A stretch of 64,000 nucleotides of DNA from the human T2T-CHM13v2.0 reference genome, Homo sapiens. The notes under the pieces were generated by a model, which worked only from the letters and a program-made list of their open reading frames with translations, was not told the origin of the DNA and did no database searches. Numbering within the stretch: position 1 is the first letter of the stretch; each line of letters opens with the position of its first letter. The translations under genes were made by a program, and so were the position numbers. Below are positions 13,200 through 30,774 of the stretch, in pieces. The stretch lies in the NCBI RefSeq assembly GCF_009914755.1, contig NC_060925.1, one strand, 5' to 3'.

Positions 13200-13521
13200 C
13201 AGTTGAGCATCTCTAATCCAAAAATCCAAAATCTGAAACTTTTTGAGTGCTGACAGGTCACCACAAGTGCAGAATTCTACACATTTGTATTTAACACAAA
13301 CCTCGTTTCATGCACAAAATTAATACAATTATTGTATAAAATTACCTCCAGGCTATGTGTATAAGTGATATACAAAACATAAATGAATTTCATGTTTAGA
13401 TTTGAAGTTCTGTCCCCAAGATAGCTCATTATGTATGTGTAACTATCCAATATCCAACAAAACGTTCAAAATCCAAAACACTTCTGGTCCCAAATATTTC
13501 AGACAAGAGATACTTGACCTG
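13200..13521. mobile_element. Tigger4/MER46-type MITE
   Basis: cagttgagcatctctaatccaaaaatcc ... gagatacttgacctg, flanked by TA dinucleotides. Confidence 0.8.
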
Positions 13522-13569
13522 TATTTTTAGTCACTGTTACTATTTTTAGAGGAAGCTCAGTCTAGTGCC

Positions 13570-14055
13570 TGTATTAAGCCTATCTTTTTATATTGATACT
13601 TCAGCCTTCGCAGGGCTTTGTTGACCCTGGAGAGACTGCCCTTCCTGAAGTCTGCCTTTTATCAGCTAACCAACTTATCCAAAGCCCATACTCCAACCAT
13701 CTCTTTTATTGATGCACTCACAGAGCCACTATTTCCCTGCTCTAACCACCCTGGGGCCAAGTACAGAGCCTGCTGGTTATGCAAGCCAGCCAATCCTAAG
13801 CCTGTTTACCCTGCTCTGCCCATTCCCCACAAAAAAATCTCATGCCCACATTCCCCTCACTCTCTCTGCCTCCTGACAGAACCTGGCGCTTCCTCTGGCC
13901 CTGCATGGTGTGGCCTGGCCCCGCATGGTGTGGCGTGCCTGCTCCTCTTAGCAACCATGAGAAACAGACTATCTTTTCAGTAGCAGTCATCTCATCTCCT
14001 GATCTGTTGGTTTCACCATACCTGAATAATTATAAAACCAACATTTTAAAATGAC
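13570..14055 (+). mobile_element. ERVL-class LTR (MER54/MER73/MER74 group)
   Basis: gaccctggagagactgcccttcc, ccagccaatcctaagcctgtttaccctgc; similar to 28107-28660. Confidence 0.55.
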
Positions 14056-15049
14056 AACAAAAAGCTCATCTTCGTTTTTCTTTATGAAAGGAAAGACAAC
14101 CAATCGGGTTTGAAACTTGCATGTTCCTGTGTATAGAGGAGAAATGTCAGGGAAGCTTAAAAGAGGGGAAAAAAAAAAGATTGATTTGAAACATGAAAAA
14201 ACGAAGAGTTTGCTAGAAGAATAAGGAGTTGGGGGGCATTCCAGGCTGAGGAAAAGCATGTGTAATTATGGGGGAGAAAGAGCACGGTGCTTTTTAGAAG
14301 CAGCATATATTTTGACATTATCTGTTCTGCTATCATACCCCTTTCCAGGCTGGGCAGTAATTATCTGTCATTTGTTGAGCATTTCTACAAGGTGGTGGCT
14401 TACTCAGGGCTGGGATTGGGTATCATTCATTTTCTTATCACCATTGGCTAGCAGAGTATTGAAAAATAAAGGATCAATAATTATTGAGTAAATGTATATA
14501 TGGGTGAAAGAGGCCATGAATGCATGAGCTGAATTCACTGAAGAGTGGAATGTGTATGAGTGGAGGTTGGCAAAAAAATAAAGTTCAAGAGTCAGAGATT
14601 GGTCACACTAGGCCATTTTACTCCATAAATAAGAACTGAACTATCTTCATGATTAGAACATATTGATGTATTTTTAAATATCAATATTAAGAGATTATTC
14701 TAAAAACAGATCACCTACTTCTGGCAACACTGAGTTTTGCTTTAGGCTAAAATGAACAGCATATTAGAAATAGTACATCAGGGTTCCTAGAAGCAGACTG
14801 ATGGATAGCTGCTAAGAACTGACTGCTGCCAGTTAGAGAGGCACAACAGAAACATCTACCAGAAAATCACAGCAATTCCACGTTATTCACGATTATTATT
14901 AAGATCCATTAAAACATCAATATTCATAATGATGACCCTTGGTAAGAAAATGTTTCTATGTAGTTTATTCTGTTTAATAAGGAAATGTTTTTAACCAGAA
15001 GTAAATAAAATATCTGTTATTAAAAAAACATGTGAAATAAACATTCATT

Positions 15050-16660
<1,611 letters not shown>

Positions 16661-18432
16661 GTCAAACGCAAGAATGGGTTAAATATGCCATATTGATCAG
16701 AAAGGTGGCTGTTGCATTGGAAGAGGAGAAACATTCAAAGTTAGTAAAAATCTTTTTTATACTTTTAAGGCAGAGCTTCCAGTTATAGAAAACACTAAAT
16801 ATGAAAACAGAACCTGACAAACTACAGAAGGAGGTCTTACAGTCCTGGTCCACTTAAACACATGTCCTAGCTAGAGTCTTGCCACAAGAATGAACTTCAC
16901 ATTCACAAACCCAGGCTATCAGTAAGGGGACTCCCTCCCAATGATGAGGAAGCTACATGAAAATGAAGCAAAGAGTAATTAAAACAACCTATGTTCTAGC
17001 TAGCTCTTCCTGGGAGGCAGGTTTGGGAGCAATTTGGGAGGGGTTTGTGCTATGAAGCAGAAAGAGGATGAGTTCAAATGTTGAAGAATACGGATTGTGT
17101 AAAAGGGTTAAACTGAGCCTGCATGCATAGAATGTCTTAGGTTCTACAACCCTATTGAATCTACATCTGACTTGGGTAATAGTTGGGGAAGTTAATAAAT
17201 CAATGAATGTGTATCCACATTGCCTTGGCAGTCCTGACAGAAACCATCATTGCATTGAAGGTATGCTAGAGGAACAGGATGAGTGAGTCCGCAGAATGAA
17301 GATGACAGATACTTTATATGCTTCTATACTGATCTTTGTGGATGGTCAGATTCCATTGATTTTAGTGACAAGACCCATAGAATATCCTTTAAGGCTGCAT
17401 TTATCTATCTTGGAAGTTATAGATTATCTGTGAACCCTCTGAAATGGTGGCAGTCTGGATGTGCTTTTAAATTTTTTTTTTAATCTTTCTGGAGAGAGAG
17501 TGCATAGCTTTCATAGTCTGTGATTCTCTCTTCTGCACCCAAAGGAAATTCAGAGCTACTTGTCAAAACAACCCCCACAAAAAACCCCTTTAACTCAGTC
17601 ATAACCTTTCCTTGTCCACTCTGAAGTCCCGTGTTCAGGAGTAAGGGAGTTGAGGTGTGATAGTGGCTGCTTCTTGTTTCCAATGTCCCTTGGGCTTCAA
17701 TTTGCCTCATGTTCTGGGGAAACAGAATTCTATTTCACATGCCTCCCAGAACTGTATTATGCTCTGAGTGAGTTCCAGATGTCTTAAGAGATGCCAGATG
17801 GCTCACGAAAGGCAGACCAGCTTCAAGGAAAATGTACCCCATTTCCTTGGATCTGAACCATAAAGTTAAGCTTTCAGGGACGGCTGTGGGGAGAAGAACA
17901 TTCAAGATTCAAGGTCTGCCCTGATAACCAGACCTCAATGTGGCCATCACTTGACTGTGGGAAGATTCTCCTTTCTTAGGCTGTTTTGAAGTGAGACCCT
18001 CACCAAACACTGATTTCTTTTTTATAAGAAGGAGAGGAAGCATATTTAGTGAGGGCCTTATAAATCAGATAGTATGCTAAATGCCTTCACATATTTATTT
18101 TATTTAATCCTCACATAGACACAGGAGATAGATATTTGGGACCCAGATTTGCCAGTGGAAAATCTGAGACTCAAAGAGGTTTAGTAAATATATTTTGATT
18201 TTCAAGTTGTTTATGTTTCATTCTATGAGTATCATCTGAGAATATTCAAACTTCACCATTGGTTATGTGGTTTCTAATCTAAGAAGAAATTGCTGCTAAG
18301 AATTTTTAGACTAAGAGTCTATTTCTGTAGATCTTCTCACAAACAAGTAAAGGCCCCATGTGCTGTGTGGACTTTCCTGCAATGCTCTATTTCTCTTTCT
18401 CATGAAATATGCTTGCATGTATAATATTCAAA

Positions 18433-18468
18433 CACACACACACACACACATACACACACACACACACA
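18433..18468 (+). repeat. (CA)n microsatellite
   Basis: About 18 CA units with one TA interruption. Confidence 0.95.
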
Positions 18469-18812
18469 GAGTTTTGCCTTTGCACAGTTGATTTTAAATA
18501 TAGAAGTTAAAAGAAAAATGCTTTTGTCCTAGAATAAGAACTCATTTTCAGCATATCATGTCCTTGCTCCTTAGTAAATATCACCGTTCTTTTAAATTCT
18601 CTGACTCCCTCAATTCCAACCTCTGTATACCTAGATGAAAGGCATTTTCCAATATTTCTAACAGGGATTTTTTGGCCTATAATTTCCAATTCTTTCTAAT
18701 CTTCTGGAATTCTAACTCTTGTATATTGAACTCAATGGAATCATCCAGATATCTTCTACCTAATGAAGTGCCAATTCTGCCTCTCAGTTTCCATAACTCT
18801 TCTGGACTTTGA

Positions 18813-19183
<371 letters not shown>

Positions 19184-19922
19184 GAGACTCAGTTTTAAAA
19201 ATTTATTAAATGGGTATTATAAGGACTACCTAGATTTTGTAGTATTTTGTACAGAATTAACTTTGTAAGTGTTACATGAGATAATGTAAGCAAAGCATTT
19301 AGCACGGTGCTTGGCACTTAGTAAAAGTGTAGTGATGATGAGGTGTTGCTAACAGAGTTACAGTAGTAGTGGTAATTATTATTTTACCTGTATCCAAAGA
19401 AGCCTTATGATGGGGTTTATTTGGCTTCAGAAGTTCCATGAGTTTTTATGGTTCTGGATTATCTTCCATGAAGCACATCTGCACTATTAATTAATGCTCC
19501 AAAACAGCATGGTAGCCTCTATTGGCAGTAAATTACATCGGTCCCTAAAATTTGGTTTTGCTAAGGGTTGGGACACCACATGCTGTTCTCATTGGAAGCC
19601 AGGAAAGAGTGTGAGAAATAAACATTTGGCCTTGCAAAAATAGTTGTTTTCCATTATGAAATATTATTTGAGTGTTGTCATATTCTCTATTATTAACATA
19701 AAACAGCCCAATATAAGTAATTCCTGGATCAATTTCACAATTCCTGTACATTTCACAATTCCTTTTCTGCCTTGTTTTTCACTTCTCAGGCAAAGAAAAC
19801 AAACAACTGTGTAATGTAATCCACAGGCAGAATATGGATCAGCCCTGTGCCTTATTGCTATAGACCCAATGCCCTGAAGTGGCCTTTACAGAGGAACAAA
19901 TCTGAAATTGAATTTTGGTTAC

Positions 19923-20088
19923 CTTAGGTAGAGGGAGGCAGCCAGAGAACGAGCGATCTTCTTTTCGAAAACTCAGATTGAGATTGTCTATGTTGAGTCT
20001 GCCATTGGTTGTCCTTAGTGCCATCTTCAAAATCTCCAACAGACTCCTGTTCACTTCTGGCTGTGAGCTGGAGTGCTGAGGTGGAGTG
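19923..20088 (-). CDS. C1orf87: Exon 7 (166 nt): (S)TPPQHSSSQPEVNRSLLEILKMALRTTNGRLNIDNLNLSFRKEDRSFSGCLPLPK
   Basis: Acceptor caatcag|; donor AAG|GTAACC; lies within ORF 19839..20147. Confidence 0.95.
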
Positions 20089-20954
20089 CTGATTGTAGGG
20101 GAAATGGGGAAGGCTATGAAAAGGTTATCCACCCAAGGCAGCTGCATGCTTTCCTACTACATTTCTCAACTTTGCTACACACTATGGAACCAGAGAGCCC
20201 ATCTACGTAGGCCCTCTCAGTCTTGGGAACCTGGTCATGAGGCCGCATGCAGACATTTCATAGCTTAACTCATACCTGCTCCATCTGAGTGAACTCTACC
20301 TAATCTCTTTTCCAAGAGGCACCAACCAATCTGACTACAACAAAGGCCAAAATTCTTAATCTATCTTTGTAACTCTTTTTTTTCTAGGTTGAGACAAAAA
20401 ATAAGCAATCATAGTAGTTTACTTTATCTGCTTGATTTTACTTTTCTTCAACTCAGATAATTACTGATGACAAATGACATTTCGAAACTGCTCACTGCCA
20501 CAAGCAAAGCAAAGCAGATTCCACCAGATCCCCATACCAAGACAGCCTAGTTCCCTGGGAGGAAATCCTGAACCAGCTGGATTTCCTGCATTAACCTTGA
20601 CTCTGCTCCTTATATCTGAAAAACCCAGAAATGTTTGGGAGTAATTATTTACTTACAGTCTGGCATGCAAATGTACATAAGTATTAAGGTGGTCTGTCTA
20701 ACGGACTATCGTTATTTTAAATAATAGGTGAAAAACAACAGGGTGAGATGTTATATTCACTGATTTTATGAAACTGGTTTGATATGTTTACTTATCTAAC
20801 AGCCAAATGTATTTGTTCCTCCAGATCCAGGTGTACTATTGCTTCCTCTGTGAAACTTTTCCTGTTTTCCATTGTCTCAAGTTAAACACCAAGTTCCCTA
20901 GAGGGACAGTCCATGACATTGCTCAACTTCTACCCATCTAAATTGGGTTTCTTT

Positions 20955-21145
20955 CAGTGGTATACTGGTAAATCTTTAACAATCAGCTTTGCAAGATAAA
21001 GCCCTAATTTGCTGCATTACTGATTTCCCTGGTGTAAATACCCCCACCATGGGTGATTTCAGGCTACCACTGTGACATTGCTGAATGAGGAGTTGGGAAG
21101 AGGTGTGCATCATTGGCCCTCATGTCTGGCTCCTGCACACCCCTG
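20955..21145. mobile_element. MER63-type hAT-Blackjack MITE
   Basis: Ends cagtggtatactggt / tggctcctgcacacccctg; internal ggtgtaaatacccccaccatgg. Confidence 0.7.
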
Positions 21146-22934
21146 ATTTATATACTTATTCATAGTGCTTTGTTCTTTTCCTTAATAGGTCTCCTCCAAC
21201 TTGCAGTCACATCTCTATTTCCTTATTTTTTCAAGTCTGACTTCCTCCCTGGTAGTCTGCTCTAAGAGGTCAAGTCTGTTTTGTTCCTTACTGTTTCCCA
21301 GGGATCTTGTACAGTACCTGGAACTGATTCATTTTAGATGTATATAACTTTGTCCAAAGGTGATATTATTTCCTTTTTTTTTTTTGGCTCTAGGACTCTC
21401 ACACAAGTTTTGGCTCCAAATTATACTATTCTGAACTACTTAATAATATATAATATTTTCCAAAAGTTTGGTACAGAGAAGGAATAGTGGGCACGTGCAT
21501 TTATTTTGGTCACCAACTTTTGCATGTGCCTTCACCTGTCCAGGGAGTTCCCCAGCTCATGAGACAGTCCACCTCTCACTGTGGCAGAGGAGAATGCCAA
21601 CTATTTGCTTTACCAGCCTCTCTTTGCTGCAAGGGCACATGACCCAAACACTGTCAATCAGACATCTCTGTTCCAGATCTGAATCATAAGTCTTCCTTCC
21701 TCTTTTCTTGCAAGGACAGTTTCTGGGGATAAGAATTCATGAAGCTTTGGTCCCTGGCTCCGTACACTGAGTACTGGATGGGCAGGTGTTGTATGGAACC
21801 CATTTACTGCAGCTGGTAGGGCTTCTTAGAAGGCCTGTTGCAGAATTTTAGTTCATCTGGTCCAGTTTAGGAGATGAGAGCTGTTGCCACCCCTACTGCC
21901 ACTGGCAATGCTGGAACCTTTTAAAACATCACAGAGCTACCCTATTAGAGGATCTACCTGACAGAGCATGAGAAGAGGATTTTCCTGATCCATACCTTAA
22001 TTAACAAATAGCCTGGCTTTATTACAGGCCATCAGTCCTGTATTTCTACAAACATACTGTCTGGTTTTTAGAAAGCAGCACCTTCTCTGATGAGCTCAAA
22101 ATGATTTCTTCATGTGCCTTTTCTATAGAACAGATATTCATGTATCCCTGAAAGTAAATTGATGTGAGCACTTTAGAAAATTGGAGGTGCCAATTACATT
22201 CAACAAATATTATTGAGCATCTTCTGTATGCCAGGAACTATGTTAGAACTATGCTAGACACAGAGTTGGCCAGGACAGCCACAATTCCTAACCTCAAATG
22301 TCAAATAAATAACAGAAAATGCCATAACCGCTATGAAGGGGAAGGACTATGGAACTAACAACACAGAGATCTAACCTTATCTAGGTATCAGCAAAGGCTT
22401 TCTGTCTAGGACTCATAAGACCTTACATGCCAGGGATTGGCCTTGTTTTCTACCGCATGGTCTATGACCTCTCAGGGTCAAAATTTTACAGTATGTATTA
22501 TATGAAGGATAGTTGCTGTTGGTTAAAAATTTCTAGGGCTTTATGGCTCTCAGTAAGACAGTTGCTCCCAGAGTGATATTTGACTGGAATGCCTAGATGG
22601 CAGTATTGTTTTCTTTGGACCATGAGCCCTAAAGGAAGAGACTAGGCTTTGTCAATCTGGAATTCACTGTGCCCAGCAAAGTAAGCCTGACAAACAGCTC
22701 ACATTCAATAAGTGTTGAAGTTATCACAGTGAAACAGGGCACACTGTAGGAAGGAATCAAGTCCAACTGTTGGCCCAAGGACATTTTCAAACAAACAAAC
22801 AAACAAACAAACAAAAAATGCTACCTTCTTCCTAGAGTAAAACACTTAATTCTAATGCCATAGCTCTTAACCACCATGCCACATTATTTGCAGCTGAAAG
22901 GAGTGTCCTCTAGAAGAATAGTTAAAAATAATAA

Positions 22935-23165
22935 AAACACTTACATAGTACTTACTATGTACCAGGCACTGATTTTTGGAACTTTGCATTTATTAACTCA
23001 GTTACTATTACAAATCAGTGAAGTGAAGTGTATCATGCCCATTTTACAGTTGGAGAATGGAACCACAGAGAAGTTAAGTGAAATGCCAAGGTCACATAGC
23101 CCCAGAGTGGCAAAGACAATAGTTGAGGCCAGGCTTTTGCAATGGAGGCTATGCTCCTAACCACT
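22935..23165 (-). mobile_element. MIR SINE
   Basis: cccattttacagttggagaatggaaccacagagaagttaagtgaaatgccaaggtcacatagc. Confidence 0.75.
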
Positions 23166-23651
23166 GCAATTTGTCACCTTTTTTGGCAAACATGAAAATA
23201 TTATACTTTATTGCGTTTCATTTCTGATTATATTCCTCACATCTTATTTTTATTTTGAGTAATTTCTCTCCCTTGAGATTATATGAAGTGACTATGGATG
23301 CCTGAATCTCAAACCTTTTTTTGCTAGTGCCTGCGACTCAGGAGCTGACTGACTGAACATCTTTTTGGAATCACACTTTATAGATGAGCTCTGCACCCGT
23401 ACACAATCATTTCTTATTTCATAATGAGGTTTTTCATTTTCACACAGCAACCTCATAAAAAGACACATGCTTGATGTTAAAAAACATATGCAATTGCTGC
23501 AAATAACTTTCTATGTTGGCCTGCGCACAAAAAAGAGAGAGAGAGAAAACTCTGAGCACAAGCCAAGTGCTGGTGAAGAGCAAAGTGATTCTGCATCGGG
23601 TGAGGTGTTTGAGTGAATGCCTTCAAGATCCCTGCCAGCTCTAGGAGTCTA

Positions 23652-24400
23652 TGCCATGGACTGACTGCATCCCCTCAAAGTTCCTGTGTTGAAACCCTAA
23701 TGCCAACGTGATAACATCAGAAGGCTGGGCCTGTGGGATTTGGTCACGAGGGTGGAGTCCTCATGAGTGCAATTAGTGCCTGTCTAAGTCTATTTTGGGC
23801 TGCTATAATAGAATATCTGAGATTGGGTCATTTATAAAGAACAGATATTTTATTTCTTCAGTTCACAGGGGTGAGAAGTGCAAGGTCAGTGGCAGGCATC
23901 TTGAAAGGGCCTTCTTGCTGCATCATTCTGTGGTGGAAGGCAGAAGGGCAAGAGGAGGCAAGGGTGAGAGATAAACCCGCTTTTTACAGCAAATCCACTC
24001 TCTTGGTAACGAACTCACTCCTGATATAATGACATTAATGCGTTCAAGAAGGCAGAGCCCTATGACCTCATCGCCTCCTATTAGGTCCCATCTCCCAGGG
24101 CTGTTGTTGCATTAGGGATTAAGCTTCCAACACATGAACTTTGGGAAACACATTCAAACCATACCAATACCTTTGTAAGGAGAGGCCAGCAAGCCAGCTT
24201 GCTCTCTTTCTGCCATGTGGGGATACAGGGAGAAGTCAGCAGTGTGCATCCTGGAAGAACCCTCCCAGAACTCAACCATGCTGGTGCCCTGATCTTAGAC
24301 TTTCAGCCTTCGCTTCAGCACTGTGATTCATACATTTATATTCTTTATAAGCCACCCAGTTTATGGTACTTTTTTATAGCAGCCCACACAGACTAAGACA
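23652..24400 (+). mobile_element. MaLR LTR (MLT1A-like) containing an antisense MST-type LTR at 23781-24166
   Basis: Outer tgccatggactgactg...gactaagaca; inner tgtctaagtctattttgggctgctataa...cattcaaaccatacca with degenerate TSD GTGCC/ATACC. Confidence 0.8.
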
Positions 24401-24438
24401 CCTAGGAACAATACCCTCACAAAAAGGGAGAAGAGTAC

Positions 24439-24554
24439 CTTTGGCTATGAGTGCCATGACTCTCAGTTTTTCTCAGGTCTGCAGCTGCTTTATTTTGCTG
24501 TGGATAATCTGATGCTGCACTGTTTAAAAACCAGAGTAGCTTTTCATAATTCAC
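24439..24554 (-). CDS. C1orf87: Exon 6 (116 nt): VNYEKLLWFLNSAASDYPQQNKAAADLRKTESHGTHSQ(S)
   Basis: Acceptor ttttcag|; weak donor AAG|GTACTC; too short for the ORF track but in frame with exons 5 and 7. Confidence 0.92.
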
Positions 24555-26362
24555 CTGAAAATTAAATGTAAAATAGAACATCCTCATTTAATTTATATGT
24601 AAGGAAAGAGGCCTGTTGAGATAAAATGTATTTGGCAAATTTTTACCATCAAACATTTAAAAAACACTTAAAAATATAGTATCATAATTATTGGTGCTTT
24701 TTAGCAAGTATTCTTATTATTTTCCCTTCTGGACAAATGGTAAAATTGTACTTCCTGGTTGTCTTCTGGTTGGGTAAGGCCATGTGACTAGTTCTGGCCA
24801 ATGAGTTATAACCAGAACCGAGACCCTGTGAGCTAACATGAGACCCTCCAGGACTCTTTTTCCCCTTCTGCTATCCTGTCCAAAAATATCCTAAAGTGGC
24901 TATTTCATCATCCTGGGTCCCAGAGCTAAAATGACAACAGTGTTAAGAAGAACTATGGCTGGCTCTATGGAAATAAACATGAAAAAAAATAACTTTTTGT
25001 GGCTTTAAGCCACAAAGATTTTGGGGTTATTACTATAGTACAACCTAACCTCTAGCCTCTCTCTCTCTCCCCACCGCTGCCCCCACTCTCTCTCTTGTTC
25101 CTTCTCACATATCTTATACATTTATTATATATGATGTATTCAGCAGATATATTTAGATAGATTGAGCAGATATATTCAGATAATCTGAAGACAAAAATTT
25201 ATTAGGCCAAGTGAAAAATCTGAAGACCTTTTTTCTGCATAGGAAAGGACTGAAGGAATGTCATCCATTTCCACTGCTAAGCTGGATGCCATCCTAGGGA
25301 CTCTGGTGGACAGACAGCTCCAGGGTAGCAGAGTGGTGAGCAGTGGGAGAGGGAAGCTAGATAGGGCCCCTGATAGAAACTAGGTCTCAGGCCAGAAAAT
25401 TTGGTTGAACTGAATATTCATATGGGTTGCACTAATAAATCAATATTGTATTGCTAAATACTTCTCATAAATATATAACTAATTCTATTAGTTTGCATTT
25501 ATCACATTACTAAATCCTGAGACTAAACTTGCAAGGTTGGTTTTGGCCTGGTTTTCTGGATGAGATCATTGAGGCATGGGAGGACTTAAGTAGAGTATGC
25601 TCCATGTCACAGAACTAAGATGGTGGGATTAAGATTAAAGTCCAGGCCTTCTTTTTTAAGGTTTGTGCTGTCTATTGCTTTGCTATTGATACATGCTCAC
25701 TAATGATATTCTTATTGCTATTATTTCTTCCTATTTCAGGGTATTTTCCTCTGGCTCCCTGAATTTAGTGACACTTGGACTACTCTTTATATTCAGACAT
25801 AGGTATGAGCTTGGAAAATACAATGCCCAAAGAACTCTGGCCTTGTCATTGGGAAATTTGTGTCTTAGCATGGTGTCTGCCATTAATTCTCTGAGTCTCC
25901 TAAACAAGTTATTGGACATCCTCTGGGCCTCATTTCCTTAATCAGTAAATTTCAAAGATACTTCCCACTTCTAACTCTCTAGGAAGTTGTGATGACACAA
26001 AGCAGATCTTAGCTCAGTCTCAATTCTTACCTTGGGTCCTGCAGACTAAGCTAGCTCATGAATGGACTTGCGTGGGCCCATTTTCTTGAATCTGTAACTA
26101 CCCTAACATTGTTAAAAGCTGACAATGCAAGTTGGGGCAGGGAGGACCTTTAAAGAGAAATGAAACAGAGCGAAGAGACCTAACTCTATTTTCTATTCGA
26201 ACTAGAAATTTCTACACATGAATATAAATAAGCTTTTTATCTCAGTAGTCAGGGATAAAAGTTATTTGCAAGAAAGTAGCTAACTTCTTAGTCTTTTACC
26301 CTTGTGGGTACAAGTTAAGGAAACAAAAGGAACCCACACTTCCAATAGTACGATTGCCATAC

Positions 26363-26626
26363 CATTTCAGGAGAACCCCTCTTAGAAAATCTCTGACAAA
26401 GGATTTTAACTGTTGGTAACTGTAGAGGGACTTCATGCTTCAAAAAGAGGCGGCTCAGCTGAGATTGGAGAAGAAATCCTGAAGAGATTGGGTCCAGGAT
26501 CTTCAGCTCTTTCTGAAGCTTTTCTAATAAGTTGGAACTCAAAGGACGTGACTTGAGTTCTCTTCTGACCAGGGCAAGAAGAAAAGCGTCTTCATTTGTT
26601 GTCCCACTTGGGCTCTGGCCAATATC
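26363..26626 (-). CDS. C1orf87: Exon 5 (264 nt): DIGQSPSGTTNEDAFLLALVRRELKS...ILCQRFSKRGSPEM
   Basis: Acceptor gtgttag|; donor ATG|GTATGG; overlaps ORF 26315..26542; 88 codons, phase 0/0. Confidence 0.95.
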
Positions 26627-27199
26627 CTAACACAACAATGAAAAACAAAGAGCAAGACTCTTCAATCAGCCGGCTAAAGACCAAAGCAAGGAAGCAGAGG
26701 CACACTGGGGCTGGTATCTGAGTGTCCACTCGCAGTCCTGGCCTGGAGCAGGACAAGTCTGTGGCACTGAAGGTGAGCATTCAATCTGGTGTATTCATTA
26801 TTTACAATGCATCAGCTCTCTTCCTTCAGGAGAAGAAAGCAAATCCTAGAGTACATGGTCTGGTAGAAGATGCTTTAACATACATCATTTGCCTTTTACA
26901 AAATAACTGCTTTGATGGTATAAGAATTTAGAATAACACATTTTGGAGACCCATTGCAGCTGGGAGTTTAGCATGGGGGATGCAAATCAAGGATGGTGTC
27001 TAGACCCTGACTGAGTTAACTGGGAGCATAATGGCCCTTCCTGAGCTCAGCAATCCTAGAAAAGGAGGAAGGTGCGAGGAGCATGAGGAGTTCGGTTGAA
27101 ATTTTTAAGGTTTGTCTGTGAACTCCTCAGGACACTTTCTGGAAAGCTGACTGGATAAACGAAGTCTGGTGTCCATTTGTCTATTCTCAGACTGTCTTT

Positions 27200-27337
27200 A
27201 ATTTTTTTTTTTTTTTTTGTAGAGATGGGGTCTCACTATGTTGTCCAGGCTGGTCTCAAACTTCTGGCTTCAAGTGATCCTCCCAGCTTGGCTTCTCAAA
27301 GTGCTGGCATTACAGGTGTAAGCCACTATGACCAGCC
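27200..27337 (-). mobile_element. FLAM/left-monomer Alu
   Basis: Single ~135-bp monomer with a poly(T) tail. Confidence 0.85.
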
Positions 27338-27435
27338 CTCAGACCAACTTATCTTCTGCTCCACATCAAGAAATTGAGTCAACAACACTCCTTCATCTAC
27401 AATAGACACAACTCAACAACTCTTAGTATACACAC

Positions 27436-27576
27436 CTCAGGTTGGTCAGAGCTGCCTCTCACCATCTGTTCCAAGGACCAGTCTCTAAGCTTTCTCCTGG
27501 GAATGCCATGCACATAGGATAAGGACTGGTCTCCGGTTGGTACAGAGCTGCAGTGGACATTTGCTTGACTGGGAAT
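27436..27576 (-). CDS. C1orf87: Exon 4 (141 nt): IPSQANVHCSSVPTGDQSLSYVHGIPRRKLRDWSLEQMVRGSSDQPE
   Basis: Long pyrimidine tract then taag| acceptor; donor GAG|GTGTGT; lies within ORF 27397..27684; phase 0/0. Confidence 0.93.
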
Positions 27577-28106
27577 CTTAACAGAACAAGGACAAAGGGA
27601 AGCAAGGAGCAGAAGAGGAGGTAGGGAAGAGAAAGAGGAAAGAATGGAGAAAATGAGTAAACCAACCAATTTATTTAAGCACATTCCCAGTTCTAAATGA
27701 ACTTTAGCCCATGTATCATTGAGTCATTGAATCGTCGTGAAGAAATGTTGCCTTCATACCAATTTCAGCATTATACGCTTGACACATGTTAGATAAATAT
27801 ATTCACACTTAGGTATGTCTCATTTGGGCAAGAAAGTGTGACAGGCAAAAAATAATAGGTAGAGCATAAGGTGTTTATAGGCAAATGTGGGGTTCTTATT
27901 AGAGATAAGGGTATCATTAGGCTGTTTTAATTAGCAGGTTCAGGAAGGGCAGCAAAGGTAATTGTTAACTTTGACAAGAGATTAAAAAGCTCAGAATATT
28001 ATACTCTAGGAGTAATGTCACTAAAAGTTACAATAGCATAAATGATAGAATTAGGATCAATAATAAAACCCTGTTCTCTCTTGCCATGGAGCATGGTATA
28101 TTAATT

Positions 28107-28846
<740 letters not shown>

Positions 28847-29798
28847 TGATCAGAAGGATTCTCTATAAACTACTAAATTGACAGTCATGTTGAATAACCT
28901 ATCAGTATGAATAGCAACCTACAGATGTTTTATAGTCATGAACATTTTAAGGAAAAACCAAGACGCTCTCTAGAGTGAGCAGAGTGGGCAAGAATGACAG
29001 AGAGTTCTGAATAGGCATAAAAATCACAAGAGTTATTTATTTGGCTCATACTCTGTACAAGGCACCACATGGGTGTCCTGCTCATGTCATTATTTAAATC
29101 CTTACAACAACAATACAAGGTAGGTAGTACTAGCAACCTTTTACATTTGGAAAGCCAAGGCTTGCAGAAGTTAAATAACTTTATTCCTTCATTTAAAAAA
29201 CATTTATGGTTGTCTAGTTTGGGCCAGGCACTGTCATAAGCCCTACAGTGATAAAAACAGACTCAGCCCCTGCTCTCACAGAGTTTGCTGATGGTGGGAG
29301 GCATAGCAAGTAACCATGACAATAGAAAAGGGATTCTAAGGGCCACTCTCAGAATTGTCCATGGTCCACCTGATCTGGACTTGGTGGTCCGGGTCTGAAG
29401 GGAATGGCATCTAAATCTAGGCTTGCAACATAAGTCAGATTTGGATTTGGATAGGCTAACAAGTGGAGAGGGAGGAGGAGAGGACAAGAGGATTACAGGA
29501 AGAGTGAACTGGATATAGAAAACCTCAAAGGTGCATGCATGCATGTAAGAGACAGATGATGCTTTCAGAGCATAGTTTAACTTTTGGAAAAGGCAAAAGA
29601 TAAGCCTGGAGAGAGAGAGGCAGGAGAAAGGCAATGAATTACCTTTAGCCTTGTTAGCATCTACGCTTTATTCTGAGGGCAGTGGGAGCCATAAAAATGT
29701 TATTAGTAGAGCAATGACTAGAGCAGACTTGTCCAAAACACTCCCTAGTAAATTGTGCAGATATTTGAATCCTGCTTTTCCCAATTACACTAGGATGA

Positions 29799-30114
<316 letters not shown>

Positions 30115-30429
30115 CAATTTCACTCTTTAAAATATTTGGCTAGGTATTTCAGACATATTGTTCACAGGACAATATGTTTCTTTGCAAATTATTTGCAATA
30201 TAAAATATTTCCATTTTCAGCCACACACAATTTTTTTTTTGCCTCTGAGAATTTATGTGTTTCTATGATAGTGTTTTAAAGAAATGTTATCAATACTTTA
30301 TCATTCCATGAGTCAAGGTATCTTTCAGTTGCTTTTGTTTTCATTTAAACATGAAAATGTATTAAGTGCCTTTATCCTTGACACTACAGATACAAATGAA
30401 CAAGGCAGGTGTGACTCCTGTCCTCATAG

Positions 30430-30774
<345 letters not shown>

